DNA of 64,000 bases, taken from NCBI GenBank assembly GCA_049799515.1, contig JBARIA010000143.1, forward strand, positions 7,708 to 71,707. The letters run 5' to 3'. Made by a program: the position numbers and the translations under genes. A model generated the notes under the pieces. That model was not told the origin of the DNA. It was given only the letters and a program-made list of their open reading frames with translations, and searched no databases. Origin of the DNA: Candidatus Dormiibacterota bacterium. Its GTDB lineage: Bacteria > Chloroflexota > Dormibacteria > Aeolococcales > Bog-877. How positions within the stretch are numbered: the stretch's first letter is position 1; every line of letters starts with the position of its first letter. Shown piece after piece: positions 49,976 to 58,932 of this stretch.

Positions 49976-50215
49976 TTAGCCGAGGCTGTGGGGCACCGCC
50001 GCCAGCAGGACGTGGGTGAGCACCCCGGCCAGCTCCACTCCCAGAGTCCCGACGGCGATGCGCCCCAGCCAGCGCTGGGCCTCCATCGCGCTGTGTGGGT
50101 TGGGTGCGACCACCCGCCAGACAAAGGCGCTGACAAAGGCCAGCGTGCCCAGACTGCCGATGATTCCCTGTCCGATAAGGACCCAGGAATTGAGCAGCGA
50201 ATTGAGCTCACTCAC
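49976..50215 (-). CDS. Small two-TM protein (VirB2/VirB3/PrgI-like candidate)
   Basis: 79 aa with two hydrophobic helices separated by a short polar loop. Four-nt gap to the VirB6-like gene. Confidence 0.4.
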   Translation of the reverse strand: MSELNSLLNSWVLIGQGIIGSLGTLAFVSAFVWRVVAPNPHSAMEAQRWLGRIAVGTLGVELAGVLTHVLLAAVPHSLG

Positions 50216-50284
50216 GAGATGACTCCCCCCGAAGACCGAGATGCTCCCTCCCCTATGTCCGCCGGGAGCAGGAGCTGGTGCCAG

Positions 50285-50755
50285 TCAGCCGCAGTCGGCT
50301 GACCAGGGAGCTTCGGAGCTGGTGGCGACGATGGTCACCGGTCCGTCGTTTACCGAGTCGACGAGCATGTGGGCCCCGAACTGTCCCTGACTCACCCGCA
50401 CCACTCCCAGACGACGCAGCTCCTCGCCGAAAAGCTGGTACAGCTCGCGCCCGCGTTCCGGGCCCGCCACCGCGGTGAATGCTGGACGGTGACCCCGACG
50501 GGTGTCGGCGAAAAGGGTGAACTGGCTGACCACCAGCGCCTCGCCACCGACCTCCAGCAGAGAGCGGTTCATCTTGCCCTCGGCGTCGGGAAACATCCGG
50601 AGCCGGGCCAGCCGCTCGGCGAAGTGACGGGCTACCTCCGGCTCGTCGCTGGGTGCCACTCCCAGGTAGATCACCAAGCCGGTTTTTATCGCCGCGATCA
50701 GCTCGCCATCGACTGTGACCCTGGCCCGGGCGGCGCGCTGGACCACCGCCCGCAA
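50285..50755 (-). CDS. dtd: D-aminoacyl-tRNA deacylase
   Basis: SQFTL and NDGPVT motifs. TTG start at 50755 (LRAVVQRA...). The track ORF carries a spurious N-terminal extension. Confidence 0.85.
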   Translation of the reverse strand: MRAVVQRAARARVTVDGELIAAIKTGLVIYLGVAPSDEPEVARHFAERLARLRMFPDAEGKMNRSLLEVGGEALVVSQFTLFADTRRGHRPAFTAVAGPERGRELYQLFGEELRRLGVVRVSQGQFGAHMLVDSVNDGPVTIVATSSEAPWSADCG

Positions 50756-50759
50756 TGAA

Positions 50760-51356
50760 TCAGCCGATGGCCCGCAGGCTGCGGTAGATGCGCATCGCCT
50801 CGGCCTCGGCCTCCAGGAAGCCCGGAGCCCGGTCCTGCATGCCATGGATGGCAAAGCTCCACCAGCCGGGAGAGCTGGCCGGACCGGGCAGGGTCACCCC
50901 CCGGTAGCGGGGTGGGTAGAAGGTGATGGTGCCCCCCGGGAGCCGCTTGAAGATCGGCCCCGAGACCATGACCTCGTCAATGCTGCGGGGACCGCTCAAC
51001 TGACCCTCGACCACGGCCAACTGGCGTTGCTTGCGAATGGGGTTGTCTGGATCGGCGACCACCGCCCTGCCTCCCAGCGTCTCGGTCAGCCGAAGCAGGC
51101 CGAAGCAGATGGCCAGAGCGTCTGTCTCGTCGCCAGCCAGCCGGACGAAGCCGGCACCGAAGATCGGCTCGCGGCTCTCCAGGCGGAGGTGGCGCAGGTA
51201 CTCCATCTCAAAGAGCGAGTGGGAGTCGTCGGTGGCCAGCCATGGAGGCTCGGAGTGCCAGCTCCTGGTGGAGGCGAAGTCCGCCACCGCCTCCATCCAC
51301 TCGACCCCGCCTGCCCGGCCGGGGTTGGTCAGCCGCACGAATAACACCCGGCCCAT
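50760..51356 (-). CDS. Hypothetical conserved protein
   Basis: Start assigned at MGRVLFVRLTNPG (ATG 51356). About 198 aa, soluble, no recognisable motif. Four-nt gap to dtd. Confidence 0.4.
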   Translation of the reverse strand: MGRVLFVRLTNPGRAGGVEWMEAVADFASTRSWHSEPPWLATDDSHSLFEMEYLRHLRLESREPIFGAGFVRLAGDETDALAICFGLLRLTETLGGRAVVADPDNPIRKQRQLAVVEGQLSGPRSIDEVMVSGPIFKRLPGGTITFYPPRYRGVTLPGPASSPGWWSFAIHGMQDRAPGFLEAEAEAMRIYRSLRAIG

Positions 51357-51420
51357 GGAGATTGATTCTAGCCGTGGTCCCCTGGGGGCCCACTTCACTG
51401 GACCAGAGCTACGCGTCAGT

Positions 51421-53415
51421 TCAGGAGGGCTCTTCGGTGCTGAGCAATCGGTGATACCAAGGCGGTGCCTCGATCTGGATCGGCGAGCGCCGCGGACCCA
51501 GGAGCAGGAGGAACTGTCCCCGGCTGGCTCTTTCCAACCACTGACGCTGGGCGTCATCCAGGAGGAACCCCTGCTGCAGCCGGACCGCAGCCGCCGGATG
51601 CTGGCTGCCCAGGAGCATGGTCGCCGAGTTGACCGCCATGACCTCGCCGGGGGCGCTGCCCAGGAGGTCTCCTGCTGACTGGGTCAGGAGCACCAGGGAT
51701 CCCTGGTACTTGCGAATACGCCGCGCCAACTGAGCCATCAGCCGTTGCAGCGGAGCATTGTCGGCCAGCAACCCAGCCTCATCCACGATCGCCTGCTTTC
51801 GGCCCCGGTGGGAGCGGATCCAGGACCAGAGCCAATGGGAGACCAGAAGGGTGGCGGCCGGGACCCAGGCAGCTGGCAGCTCGCGAAGCCCCACAGCAGC
51901 GGCAATCTCAACCGCCGGGCCCCGTCCGGGGGAGTTGAACAGTGCGCCGGGAGTCCCATCCAGCCAGGGGAGCAACCGATGAGCCACTGACTCGCCAGCT
52001 TCGCTCCGCCGGAGTCGGGGGAGGCAGTCCGAAAGCACCGCCGTGCCGGACCCCGCCTCCGACAGGGTCCACCGGACCGCGTCGGAGACCTGGCCGATCT
52101 CCGCCGGCGAGAGCTGACCGCAGAGCAGAGAGACCAGTTCTGCCACCGCGCTGGGGGCCTCCCCAGGCTCCGCCATCTCCAGCAGGTTGAACCCGCAGGG
52201 AGTCGACTCCCCCAGCGAGAGGTATTGGCCCCCGACCGCCTCGCACCAGCGACGGTGCTCGTTTTCAGGATCCAGGACCACCGTGCGAACCCCCAGACGC
52301 ACCGCCTCCAATCCCAAAAGTCCACCGAGGTAGGACTTGCCACTGCCAGACGCGGCGACGACCCCCAGGTTGGCGTTGGGAAGGGCCGTCACATCGTGGA
52401 GGTTCAGCCAGACAGGGGCTCCCGTGCGGAGGTGCCGACCGAGGTTTACGGCTCCCGCAGTTCTCCCGTCCCAGTCATCCAGCCAGGGCCAGAGGGACGC
52501 CAGCTCAGCGCTCTGGACCACCCGTCGCGGCCCTGGCGGTTGGGACGCGAGGAGCTCCGTGTGCAGCCGGGCCGGACCCTGGTTGCACCAGGCCGGGACC
52601 AGCGCCGCCCTCAGCGCGGTCATTCGAGACCGCAGCTGACCGGCCAGCTGGCGGGTTTCGATCCAGCTGTCGCCGGCCACGCTCACGGCGATCGCCAGGT
52701 CGAAAAGCTTCCCTTCGGATCTGGCCAGTACCTCCCGCAAACGAGCCGCCGAGTCCAACGCAGCCTGCAATCGGGGGTCCCCCTGGTAACCGCGCTCCCC
52801 CGCTGCTAGCTCTCTTGCCCGCAGCCCGAGGATCCGCCGCCGGAGGGTGCGGTCGACCTCTCCTTGAGCCCGTGGCCAGATGTCCAGGGCCAGGTCAAAC
52901 TCGCCCGGCATCCCGACCAGCGACCACAGCCAACCCGGAGCCACTCCCACACCCGGCAGCCGCTCCAGCCACAGCGAGGTCAGGTATCTTCCCCCGGCGC
53001 GCAGCATGGTCGGTCGCTCCCGCCACGGACCCTCCGCCAGCGGAGGCGGTCGCTCCTGGACCTTCAGCCGGATCGCGGAGGATGCTGGCAGCTCCGGATC
53101 GGTCGCATTCCCAGCCCGGGACACGAACACCTGCCGGCGAAAGACAGGTGTCTGCCGCTTCCCCTCGGCGAGGTGCTCTTCCAGAGCCAGCTGCAACTCG
53201 GCTGTCCGGCCGCTGGCCGCCGACCCCCCCGGGAGCGAGCCAGCCGGCTCACGCCTGGAACAGACCAGGAAGCGCACCGGCAGGCGAAGCTGCTCCAGCC
53301 AGGTCGCCAGTTCGCCGGTAAACTTCAGGCGCTCAGTGGCGACCAGATCGAGGATGTCCGGAGCCTCGGCTCGCCAGGTTATCTGGTGGCTGTCATCATC
53401 CCCGTCGGACCTCAC
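51421..53415 (-). CDS. VirB4/TrbE/TraC-like P-loop ATPase
   Basis: 664 aa. The N-terminal roughly 330 aa are non-ATPase. Walker A GVVAASGSGKSY, Walker B QAIVDEAGLL, and a downstream LVLLTQSAGDL sensor-like motif. Size and layout fit VirB4; FtsK/HerA-like is the alternative. Four-nt overlap with the upstream membrane protein gene. Confidence 0.65.
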   Translation of the reverse strand: MRSDGDDDSHQITWRAEAPDILDLVATERLKFTGELATWLEQLRLPVRFLVCSRREPAGSLPGGSAASGRTAELQLALEEHLAEGKRQTPVFRRQVFVSRAGNATDPELPASSAIRLKVQERPPPLAEGPWRERPTMLRAGGRYLTSLWLERLPGVGVAPGWLWSLVGMPGEFDLALDIWPRAQGEVDRTLRRRILGLRARELAAGERGYQGDPRLQAALDSAARLREVLARSEGKLFDLAIAVSVAGDSWIETRQLAGQLRSRMTALRAALVPAWCNQGPARLHTELLASQPPGPRRVVQSAELASLWPWLDDWDGRTAGAVNLGRHLRTGAPVWLNLHDVTALPNANLGVVAASGSGKSYLGGLLGLEAVRLGVRTVVLDPENEHRRWCEAVGGQYLSLGESTPCGFNLLEMAEPGEAPSAVAELVSLLCGQLSPAEIGQVSDAVRWTLSEAGSGTAVLSDCLPRLRRSEAGESVAHRLLPWLDGTPGALFNSPGRGPAVEIAAAVGLRELPAAWVPAATLLVSHWLWSWIRSHRGRKQAIVDEAGLLADNAPLQRLMAQLARRIRKYQGSLVLLTQSAGDLLGSAPGEVMAVNSATMLLGSQHPAAAVRLQQGFLLDDAQRQWLERASRGQFLLLLGPRRSPIQIEAPPWYHRLLSTEEPS

Positions 53416-54335
53416 CAGGATCTGGAGGCGGCCAGCACCTCCCGGGCTAGAGCTCTGACTCCAGCGGCCGAAGGCTGCTCCGGGCCCGCGGTCTTAGTGG
53501 CGTCCTGCTGGCCCAGACGCGGGTCCACGGGGATCGCGGCCGCCAGCCGGGCACCGGCTCCGCTGATCTGGTCGCGCAAACCTGAAGCCGATCCGGCCCG
53601 ATTGAGAGTAACCAGCAGCTCGACCCCCGGGAAGCTTCGCCGCAGGGCCGCCATCCCGCCCGCCAGCTCCCCCGGGAAAAGCTCAACCCCATCCCAGACC
53701 AGAACCACACCAGCCACCTGACTGCGCCGAGCTCGGTCCCGCCAAGCTGATCCCCAATCGAGGAGAACCAGAGCGGTCCGATCTCCGACTTGCCGGTCGG
53801 CAACGACCCAGAGCCCCCTGACCGGCCGGCCACGAGCTCCCTCTCCGATCTCCCGAACCTCGACGCGGAGTCGGGTCGCTACCGCCCGACACACGGCGGT
53901 GCAGCCGACCCCTGGCCCAAGTGAGAGGAAGGCGACCAGCGCCGGGCCCGGCTCCTGGCCGAAGGGACCCGGTCGGTCGCCGACTTCTGAATCTGCCTCG
54001 ACCCATTGCCGCTGCCCCTCCCCAAAAGCGGCAACTACTCGGCCCGCATAGGCCAGGGCCAGCCAGGCCCAGCGGGCCACCGAGACCCCCTGCACCCTTC
54101 CCCAGGCCAGGATCGCCGTGGTCAGCACCAGAAGGCCGGCGGCGCCCACGCGGAGCACAGCCGGCAGCGGCAGCTCAGCCACCGCCCAGGCGCTGGCGGC
54201 GCCCAGACCAGCCAGAACCAGCCGAGGCACGGGAAGTCCCAGAGCGACCACTGCCTCGCCGTCCAGGTTGTCCGCAAATCGAAGGTTTTCCATGGTTGGC
54301 TCCGGGACGTTCCCGCTCCACTGGAGTCCGCCCAC
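53412..54335 (-). CDS. Membrane protein with VirB3/PrgI-like N-terminus and C-terminal soluble domain
   Basis: N-terminal roughly 90 aa with two TM helices (LVLAGLGAASAWAVA..., GAAGLLVLTTAILAW), then a roughly 200 aa Arg/Val-rich domain. Sits immediately upstream of the VirB4-like ATPase, translationally coupled. Confidence 0.45.
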   Translation of the reverse strand: MGGLQWSGNVPEPTMENLRFADNLDGEAVVALGLPVPRLVLAGLGAASAWAVAELPLPAVLRVGAAGLLVLTTAILAWGRVQGVSVARWAWLALAYAGRVVAAFGEGQRQWVEADSEVGDRPGPFGQEPGPALVAFLSLGPGVGCTAVCRAVATRLRVEVREIGEGARGRPVRGLWVVADRQVGDRTALVLLDWGSAWRDRARRSQVAGVVLVWDGVELFPGELAGGMAALRRSFPGVELLVTLNRAGSASGLRDQISGAGARLAAAIPVDPRLGQQDATKTAGPEQPSAAGVRALAREVLAASRSW

Positions 54336-54355
54336 CGAGAGTGGCGGGGCCGCCG

Positions 54356-54745
54356 TCAGTGCGGTCGGGAGATCTCCACCGCGAAGCCCTTTACCTGGGC
54401 GGGGAGTCGGGGGGGCTTGCTGACCCGGAGGTGCACCCTCTTCACCTTGGGCAGCCGCAGCACCGCCTCGGCGATCTGGGACGCCATCGCCTCCAACAGG
54501 TGGAACTCGCCCTCTTCCACGATCCCCCGGACTATCTCGTACAGATCCACGTAGTTGACAGCGTCAGCCAGGTCGTCGGTGACCTGTGCGCGGCCAGTGT
54601 CTGCCTCAATCTCCAGATCGACTGTGAACTCTCCCCCGGCCCGCCGTTCGGCGGCGGAGACGCCGTGGTGGCCGAAGAAGCGCAGCCCGTCCAGCACCAT
54701 GAGATCTGGCCGGATCTGGCCGGGGTCGGTCCGGCTCGAGTTCAA
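54356..54745 (-). CDS. folB: Dihydroneopterin aldolase
   Basis: 129 aa: LRFFGHHGV..ER..G..F.VDL... VDLYEIV. HLLEA.A. Confidence 0.85.
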   Translation of the reverse strand: MNSSRTDPGQIRPDLMVLDGLRFFGHHGVSAAERRAGGEFTVDLEIEADTGRAQVTDDLADAVNYVDLYEIVRGIVEEGEFHLLEAMASQIAEAVLRLPKVKRVHLRVSKPPRLPAQVKGFAVEISRPH

Positions 54746-54769
54746 AGTGGGGACTGGCCAGGAGCGCCG

Positions 54770-55255
54770 TCAGCGGCCCTTGGGCTTCTTTTCGATGGCC
54801 TCGATGGAGTCGATGTGGACCACCTCGCGCCGGTTGTCCCGGGTGGGGAAAAGCACGACCAGGGTCTGGGAGAGGGCCGCGATCACCTGCCCAACGTCAC
54901 CAACTGAGATGCCCTCGATCACCTCCCCTGTGCTGTGGCGTACGACGTCGTTCACCTTCACCCAGCTGCCCGGGGGCCAGCGCATCTCCGGGGTCAGCTC
55001 CTCGGGACTGAGGTCCTCGATGGAGACGGCCCCGCGGTTCCCACCCCAGGGACGGGTTGGGGAGGGTCTGGGCGCCACTCGCGCGACTGGGGCTGTCGGC
55101 GCCTCAGCCACCAGCTCTGGTTCGGCTTCCTCGACGATCTCCAGCTCCTCCTCGTCATCCCCGTCCGCGACCACCACGGTCTCGGCCTGGTCCTGGTCGT
55201 CATGGCCAGGACCAGGCTCTTCCGAATTGGGCGTGCGCTTGGGACTCATGGGCAC
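54770..55255 (-). CDS. Hypothetical acidic protein
   Basis: N-terminal half is Asp/Glu/Pro-rich and likely disordered. C-terminal roughly 60 aa is compact (WVKVNDVVRHSTGEVIEGISVGDVGQVIAALSQTLVVLFPTR). Confidence 0.4.
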   Translation of the reverse strand: MPMSPKRTPNSEEPGPGHDDQDQAETVVVADGDDEEELEIVEEAEPELVAEAPTAPVARVAPRPSPTRPWGGNRGAVSIEDLSPEELTPEMRWPPGSWVKVNDVVRHSTGEVIEGISVGDVGQVIAALSQTLVVLFPTRDNRREVVHIDSIEAIEKKPKGR

Positions 55256-55355
55256 CAGATCACAGAATTGGGACCTGCCGCAGGGCGACAGCCAGGGGCT
55301 GACACTGCAACTCTCTCAGCCTACCATGAGCTCCGCCGGAACTCAGACCGAGGGA

Positions 55356-55763
55356 TCACTCCTCGATGATTGAGGTAACCCGCCACGGCTCGCGCTGGCC
55401 GTCCAGCACCATCCGCAGCTGCACCGGCTCGTTGGTGGTGCTGGGTGACGCGTCGGTGGTCAGAAAGCTGGTCCGATCGCGATACCGAAGCCGCACGGTG
55501 GCCTGAGTCTGGCCGGCGATCTCGGAGATCTCCAGGTTGAGCGACTCCCGGAACGGACTGACCTGGATTCCCGCGGCCTGGTATGCGGTGAAGCGAGCCT
55601 TGAGTTCCGGAAGAGCATCTCCGGCAAAGGCCTGACCGAGGCGGCTCAAGTTGCCGCTCACCGCGGCGTCGTCCAGCACCGCCAGGATCCGTCGCATCTC
55701 ACTCCGGACCCGCTCGATCAGCTGAGGATCAGGCGACTTGCGTCGCTTGGGCAAGTTAGGCAT
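55356..55763 (-). CDS. Hypothetical protein
   Basis: 135 aa, no family recognised. Four-nt overlap with the upstream gene. Confidence 0.4.
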   Translation of the reverse strand: MPNLPKRRKSPDPQLIERVRSEMRRILAVLDDAAVSGNLSRLGQAFAGDALPELKARFTAYQAAGIQVSPFRESLNLEISEIAGQTQATVRLRYRDRTSFLTTDASPSTTNEPVQLRMVLDGQREPWRVTSIIEE

Positions 55764-56471
55764 CTAGCCCGGCGCCCCACGCGGACGCAGCATCCGGAGC
55801 AGATCGGTGGGCAGGTACGCCGAGGCCGCTTGCAGCGGCCCGTCGGAGGCCTCCAGGACCACCGATCCTGGGTCATCGTCCTCGATCGCGCCGTCCAGAG
55901 AAACCGGGGCTGGGGGCACCTGGACCGTCGGTGCCTCGGCCCAGCCGAAATCATCCCGGGGCGGGGACTGCTGGGAACCCTTCGGCCTGCTGGCGTTCTG
56001 GGCCTGAGCTGCCTTGAGCCGGCTGACCGATTCCTCCGCCTCCAGCCCGGACCCGGTCGGGATCTCCTCGTATCCGGGGCGACGGACGCCCTGGACGGTC
56101 CGGCCGATGAGGGCCACCGGCAGGCTCTCCAAGTTCTGCAAAAGGGTCATGCCGGCAGCCTCCACCAGGCATTGCAAGGTGGGCAGCGGCCAGGGCGAAT
56201 CCCCCGGGTAGACGTAACAGCGGTTGGCCGGAAAGTGGCGCAGTTGGGAGAGGACGGTGAACCCGGGATTGCCACTGCAGAGGACGGCCGCCGGCGGCTG
56301 GCCGCGATCAAGCATGGCCCCGATTCGGGCCAGGCTGGTAGCGGGGTCGGCCAGCTCCAGGTCCTCGACCGCCCCCACCACGTTGAAGGAGGGCACCAGT
56401 TCGGCGGCGCGCTGAGCCAGACTGGCCTCCCCGACCACCACGAGCGTGCTCTGCTGGTTGGCGTCATCCAC
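55764..56471 (-). CDS. Hypothetical protein with receiver-like N-terminal fold
   Basis: 235 aa. TLVVVGEASLAQRAAELV...AAVLCSGNPGF resembles a pseudo-receiver (no phospho-Asp context). Pro/Gln-rich C-terminus. Confidence 0.4.
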   Translation of the reverse strand: MDDANQQSTLVVVGEASLAQRAAELVPSFNVVGAVEDLELADPATSLARIGAMLDRGQPPAAVLCSGNPGFTVLSQLRHFPANRCYVYPGDSPWPLPTLQCLVEAAGMTLLQNLESLPVALIGRTVQGVRRPGYEEIPTGSGLEAEESVSRLKAAQAQNASRPKGSQQSPPRDDFGWAEAPTVQVPPAPVSLDGAIEDDDPGSVVLEASDGPLQAASAYLPTDLLRMLRPRGAPG

Positions 56472-56532
56472 TTGCCGATCGATCGTACCCTAGGTCCCGG
56501 CGATCAGTTGCCCAGAGACGAGCTCACGGCGC

Positions 56533-57666
56533 TCACCTTGGGCTGAGCTCCTCAAGCTGGACGGTGGTCTCGTCCAGGCGCCTGTGGTCAAGCTCGATCC
56601 CTAGTCCGGGACCGGTGGGGACCGGCATGGTTCCGTCCTGGGCCAGCTGGAACGGCTGCTGGAGCAGGTCCTTTTCGAAGTAGCGATCACTGGCGGAGGT
56701 GTCCCCGGGGAGGGTGAAGCCCGGCAGCGAGGCCAGCGCCAGGTTGGCGGCCCGGCCGATCCCGGTCTCCAGCATCCCACCGCACCAGACCGGCCAGCCA
56801 GCCTTCCCGCAGGTGTCGTGGAGCTCGGCTGCGGGGAGCAGACCTCCGACCCTGCCGGATTTGATGTTGAGGATCCGCCCGGAGCCGAGCGAGATCGCGG
56901 CTCGGAGGTCGGCCAGTGACTCAACGCTCTCGTCCAGACAGATCGACGTCTCAATCTGGGCCTGGAGGGCGGCATGGTCGATGAGGTCGTCGTGGGCGAG
57001 TGGCTGCTCGATCATCATCAGGTCGAACGCGTCCAGCGCCCGCAGCTGGTCCAGATCCCGGAGCGAGTAGGCGCTGTTGGCGTCCAGCATCAGTGGGGTG
57101 CCCGGGAAGCGCTGGCGCACGGCCCGGGCCAACTCCACATCGTAGCCCGGCTTGCACTTCAACTTGATCCGCTGGTAACCCTCCGCCAGGTACTCCTCGA
57201 TCGCACTCAGCGTCGCCGCCAGCGACGGCTGGATGCCGATGCTGACCCCACACCTGATTCGAGGGCGGACTCCTCCCAGGATCTGAGATAGGCTCTGACC
57301 GCTGGCCCGGCCCGCCTGGTCCAGCAGGGCCATCTCCAGGGCCGCCTTGGCCATGTGATGGCCGCGCACCCAGGCCCAGCTTTCGGCGTGGCCGGCCACG
57401 TCGGCCGCCGCTCCGCCGAGGACCGAGGGCACGATGTGATCCCGGAGCGCCAGGAGCGCCCCGGCGCAGGTCTCCGACGAATACCCGGGTTCGATCCCAG
57501 CGGCGCACTCACCGACGCCGGCGACCCCGTCCCCCTCGACCTCGACCAGTAGCGCCCGGCGTACGGTCTGGGTGCCGAAGCTGGTGGTGAAGGGGGAGAC
57601 CAGCGGTAGCTCGACGACCCGCAGACGGGCCCGCTCCACCCGAAGTTGGGGCAACTTCCCGGTCAT
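56533..57666 (-). CDS. Enolase-superfamily enzyme (o-succinylbenzoate synthase / N-succinyl-amino-acid racemase / dipeptide epimerase subgroup)
   Basis: Start at MTGKLPQL. Metal ligands in MLDANSAYS, IEQP and CLDES, and K-x-K in IKLKCKPG. Confidence 0.8.
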   Translation of the reverse strand: MTGKLPQLRVERARLRVVELPLVSPFTTSFGTQTVRRALLVEVEGDGVAGVGECAAGIEPGYSSETCAGALLALRDHIVPSVLGGAAADVAGHAESWAWVRGHHMAKAALEMALLDQAGRASGQSLSQILGGVRPRIRCGVSIGIQPSLAATLSAIEEYLAEGYQRIKLKCKPGYDVELARAVRQRFPGTPLMLDANSAYSLRDLDQLRALDAFDLMMIEQPLAHDDLIDHAALQAQIETSICLDESVESLADLRAAISLGSGRILNIKSGRVGGLLPAAELHDTCGKAGWPVWCGGMLETGIGRAANLALASLPGFTLPGDTSASDRYFEKDLLQQPFQLAQDGTMPVPTGPGLGIELDHRRLDETTVQLEELSPR

Positions 57667-58838
57667 GCCAGCCGTCCCTCCCAGATCCTGGCCACCAACC
57701 CAGCCAGCAGCGCCGCCCGCTCGGGAATCGAGTCCAGCTCGGCCCACTCCCCCTCGGCGTGGGCGCTTCCGCCCACGATCCCCAGCCCGTCGAGGGTTGG
57801 CGTCCCCAGCGCCGCGGTGAAGTTTCCGTCGCTGGCTCCCCCCACCGAGGCCCCCTCGAGCTCCGGCCAACCCAGATCCGCCGCCACTCCCCGGGCCAGG
57901 GCGAACAGCCCGGACGAAGAGGTCGGCTCGAACGGCGGGCGATTGGCGCCGCCCTCCAGCTCCAGAGCCGAATCCGGGACGTTGACCCGGAGAGCTCGCA
58001 TTCCCTCCTCCACCCGCTCCGCCTCGGCTGCGGTGGCGAAGCGCACGTCGACCCCGAGGACTGCCTGGGCCGGAATGACGTTGCTCCGCGTGCCCGCCCG
58101 GAGGACGGTCGGAGAGACGGTGGTGCCCAGCTCCGGCCGAGCCAGCGCTACCACCTGGTTCACCAGGGGAGCGATCGCTACCAGCGAGTTCACCCCCCGT
58201 TCGGGGTCCAGTCCAGCGTGGGCGGCCCGGCCCCGCACGGTGAGGCGGTACTCCCCGGTTCCCTTGCGAGCGATCTTGACAGCCGGGCCGAGCGGTGGCT
58301 CCAGCACCAAAACCGCCGAGCTCCGTCGGGCTTCGACCTCGATCAGCCGGCGAGAGGCTGGACTGCCGACCTCCTCATCCCCGGTCAGCAGCACGGTCAG
58401 ACCACCCAGGGCGCCACCCGCCTGGCGGAGTCCGGCCAGCGCCGCCAGGGCGACTACCACCCCGCCCTTCATGTCGAAGACCCCGGGACCCACCGCCCGG
58501 CTCCCTGAAACCTGGAATAGGGGTTGGAAGGAGCCGCTGTCCCAGACCGTGTCAAGGTGGCATAACAGCAGCGGGGAGCTGTCCATAGGATCGCCCCAGC
58601 GCAGCACCAAAGATGGGACTCCGCCCTCCTCGACCATCTGAAGGTCGGTCATCCCGACCTCGGCCGCGAAGAGGCGGCCAACAATGCGGGCACAGTTCGC
58701 GATCGCCTGGCGATCCCCGCTGGGCGACTCACAGCGGACCAGCTCCTCCAGGGCTTCCAGCCAACGGGGTTGACCGGCTCCCAGCCACCGGGGCAGCGAT
58801 GGCAGATCGGCTGACCTGTCCAGTGGAGGCACCGGCAA
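57663..58838 (-). CDS. M20-family metallopeptidase (ArgE/DapE-like)
   Basis: HLDTV, DMKGG, GDEEVGS and the C-terminal dimerisation domain. Overlaps the enolase-superfamily gene start by 4 nt, suggesting a succinyl-amino-acid or dipeptide processing pair. Confidence 0.8.
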   Translation of the reverse strand: MPVPPLDRSADLPSLPRWLGAGQPRWLEALEELVRCESPSGDRQAIANCARIVGRLFAAEVGMTDLQMVEEGGVPSLVLRWGDPMDSSPLLLCHLDTVWDSGSFQPLFQVSGSRAVGPGVFDMKGGVVVALAALAGLRQAGGALGGLTVLLTGDEEVGSPASRRLIEVEARRSSAVLVLEPPLGPAVKIARKGTGEYRLTVRGRAAHAGLDPERGVNSLVAIAPLVNQVVALARPELGTTVSPTVLRAGTRSNVIPAQAVLGVDVRFATAAEAERVEEGMRALRVNVPDSALELEGGANRPPFEPTSSSGLFALARGVAADLGWPELEGASVGGASDGNFTAALGTPTLDGLGIVGGSAHAEGEWAELDSIPERAALLAGLVARIWEGRLA

Positions 58839-58932
58839 AGTCTAAGTGGGTATCTGACTGGTGGAGGTTGGCGAAAGACCCTGCCAGCGGGTCCCCCAAG
58901 CGCCAAGCTGGAACGGGGGTTACCCGCTCAGC

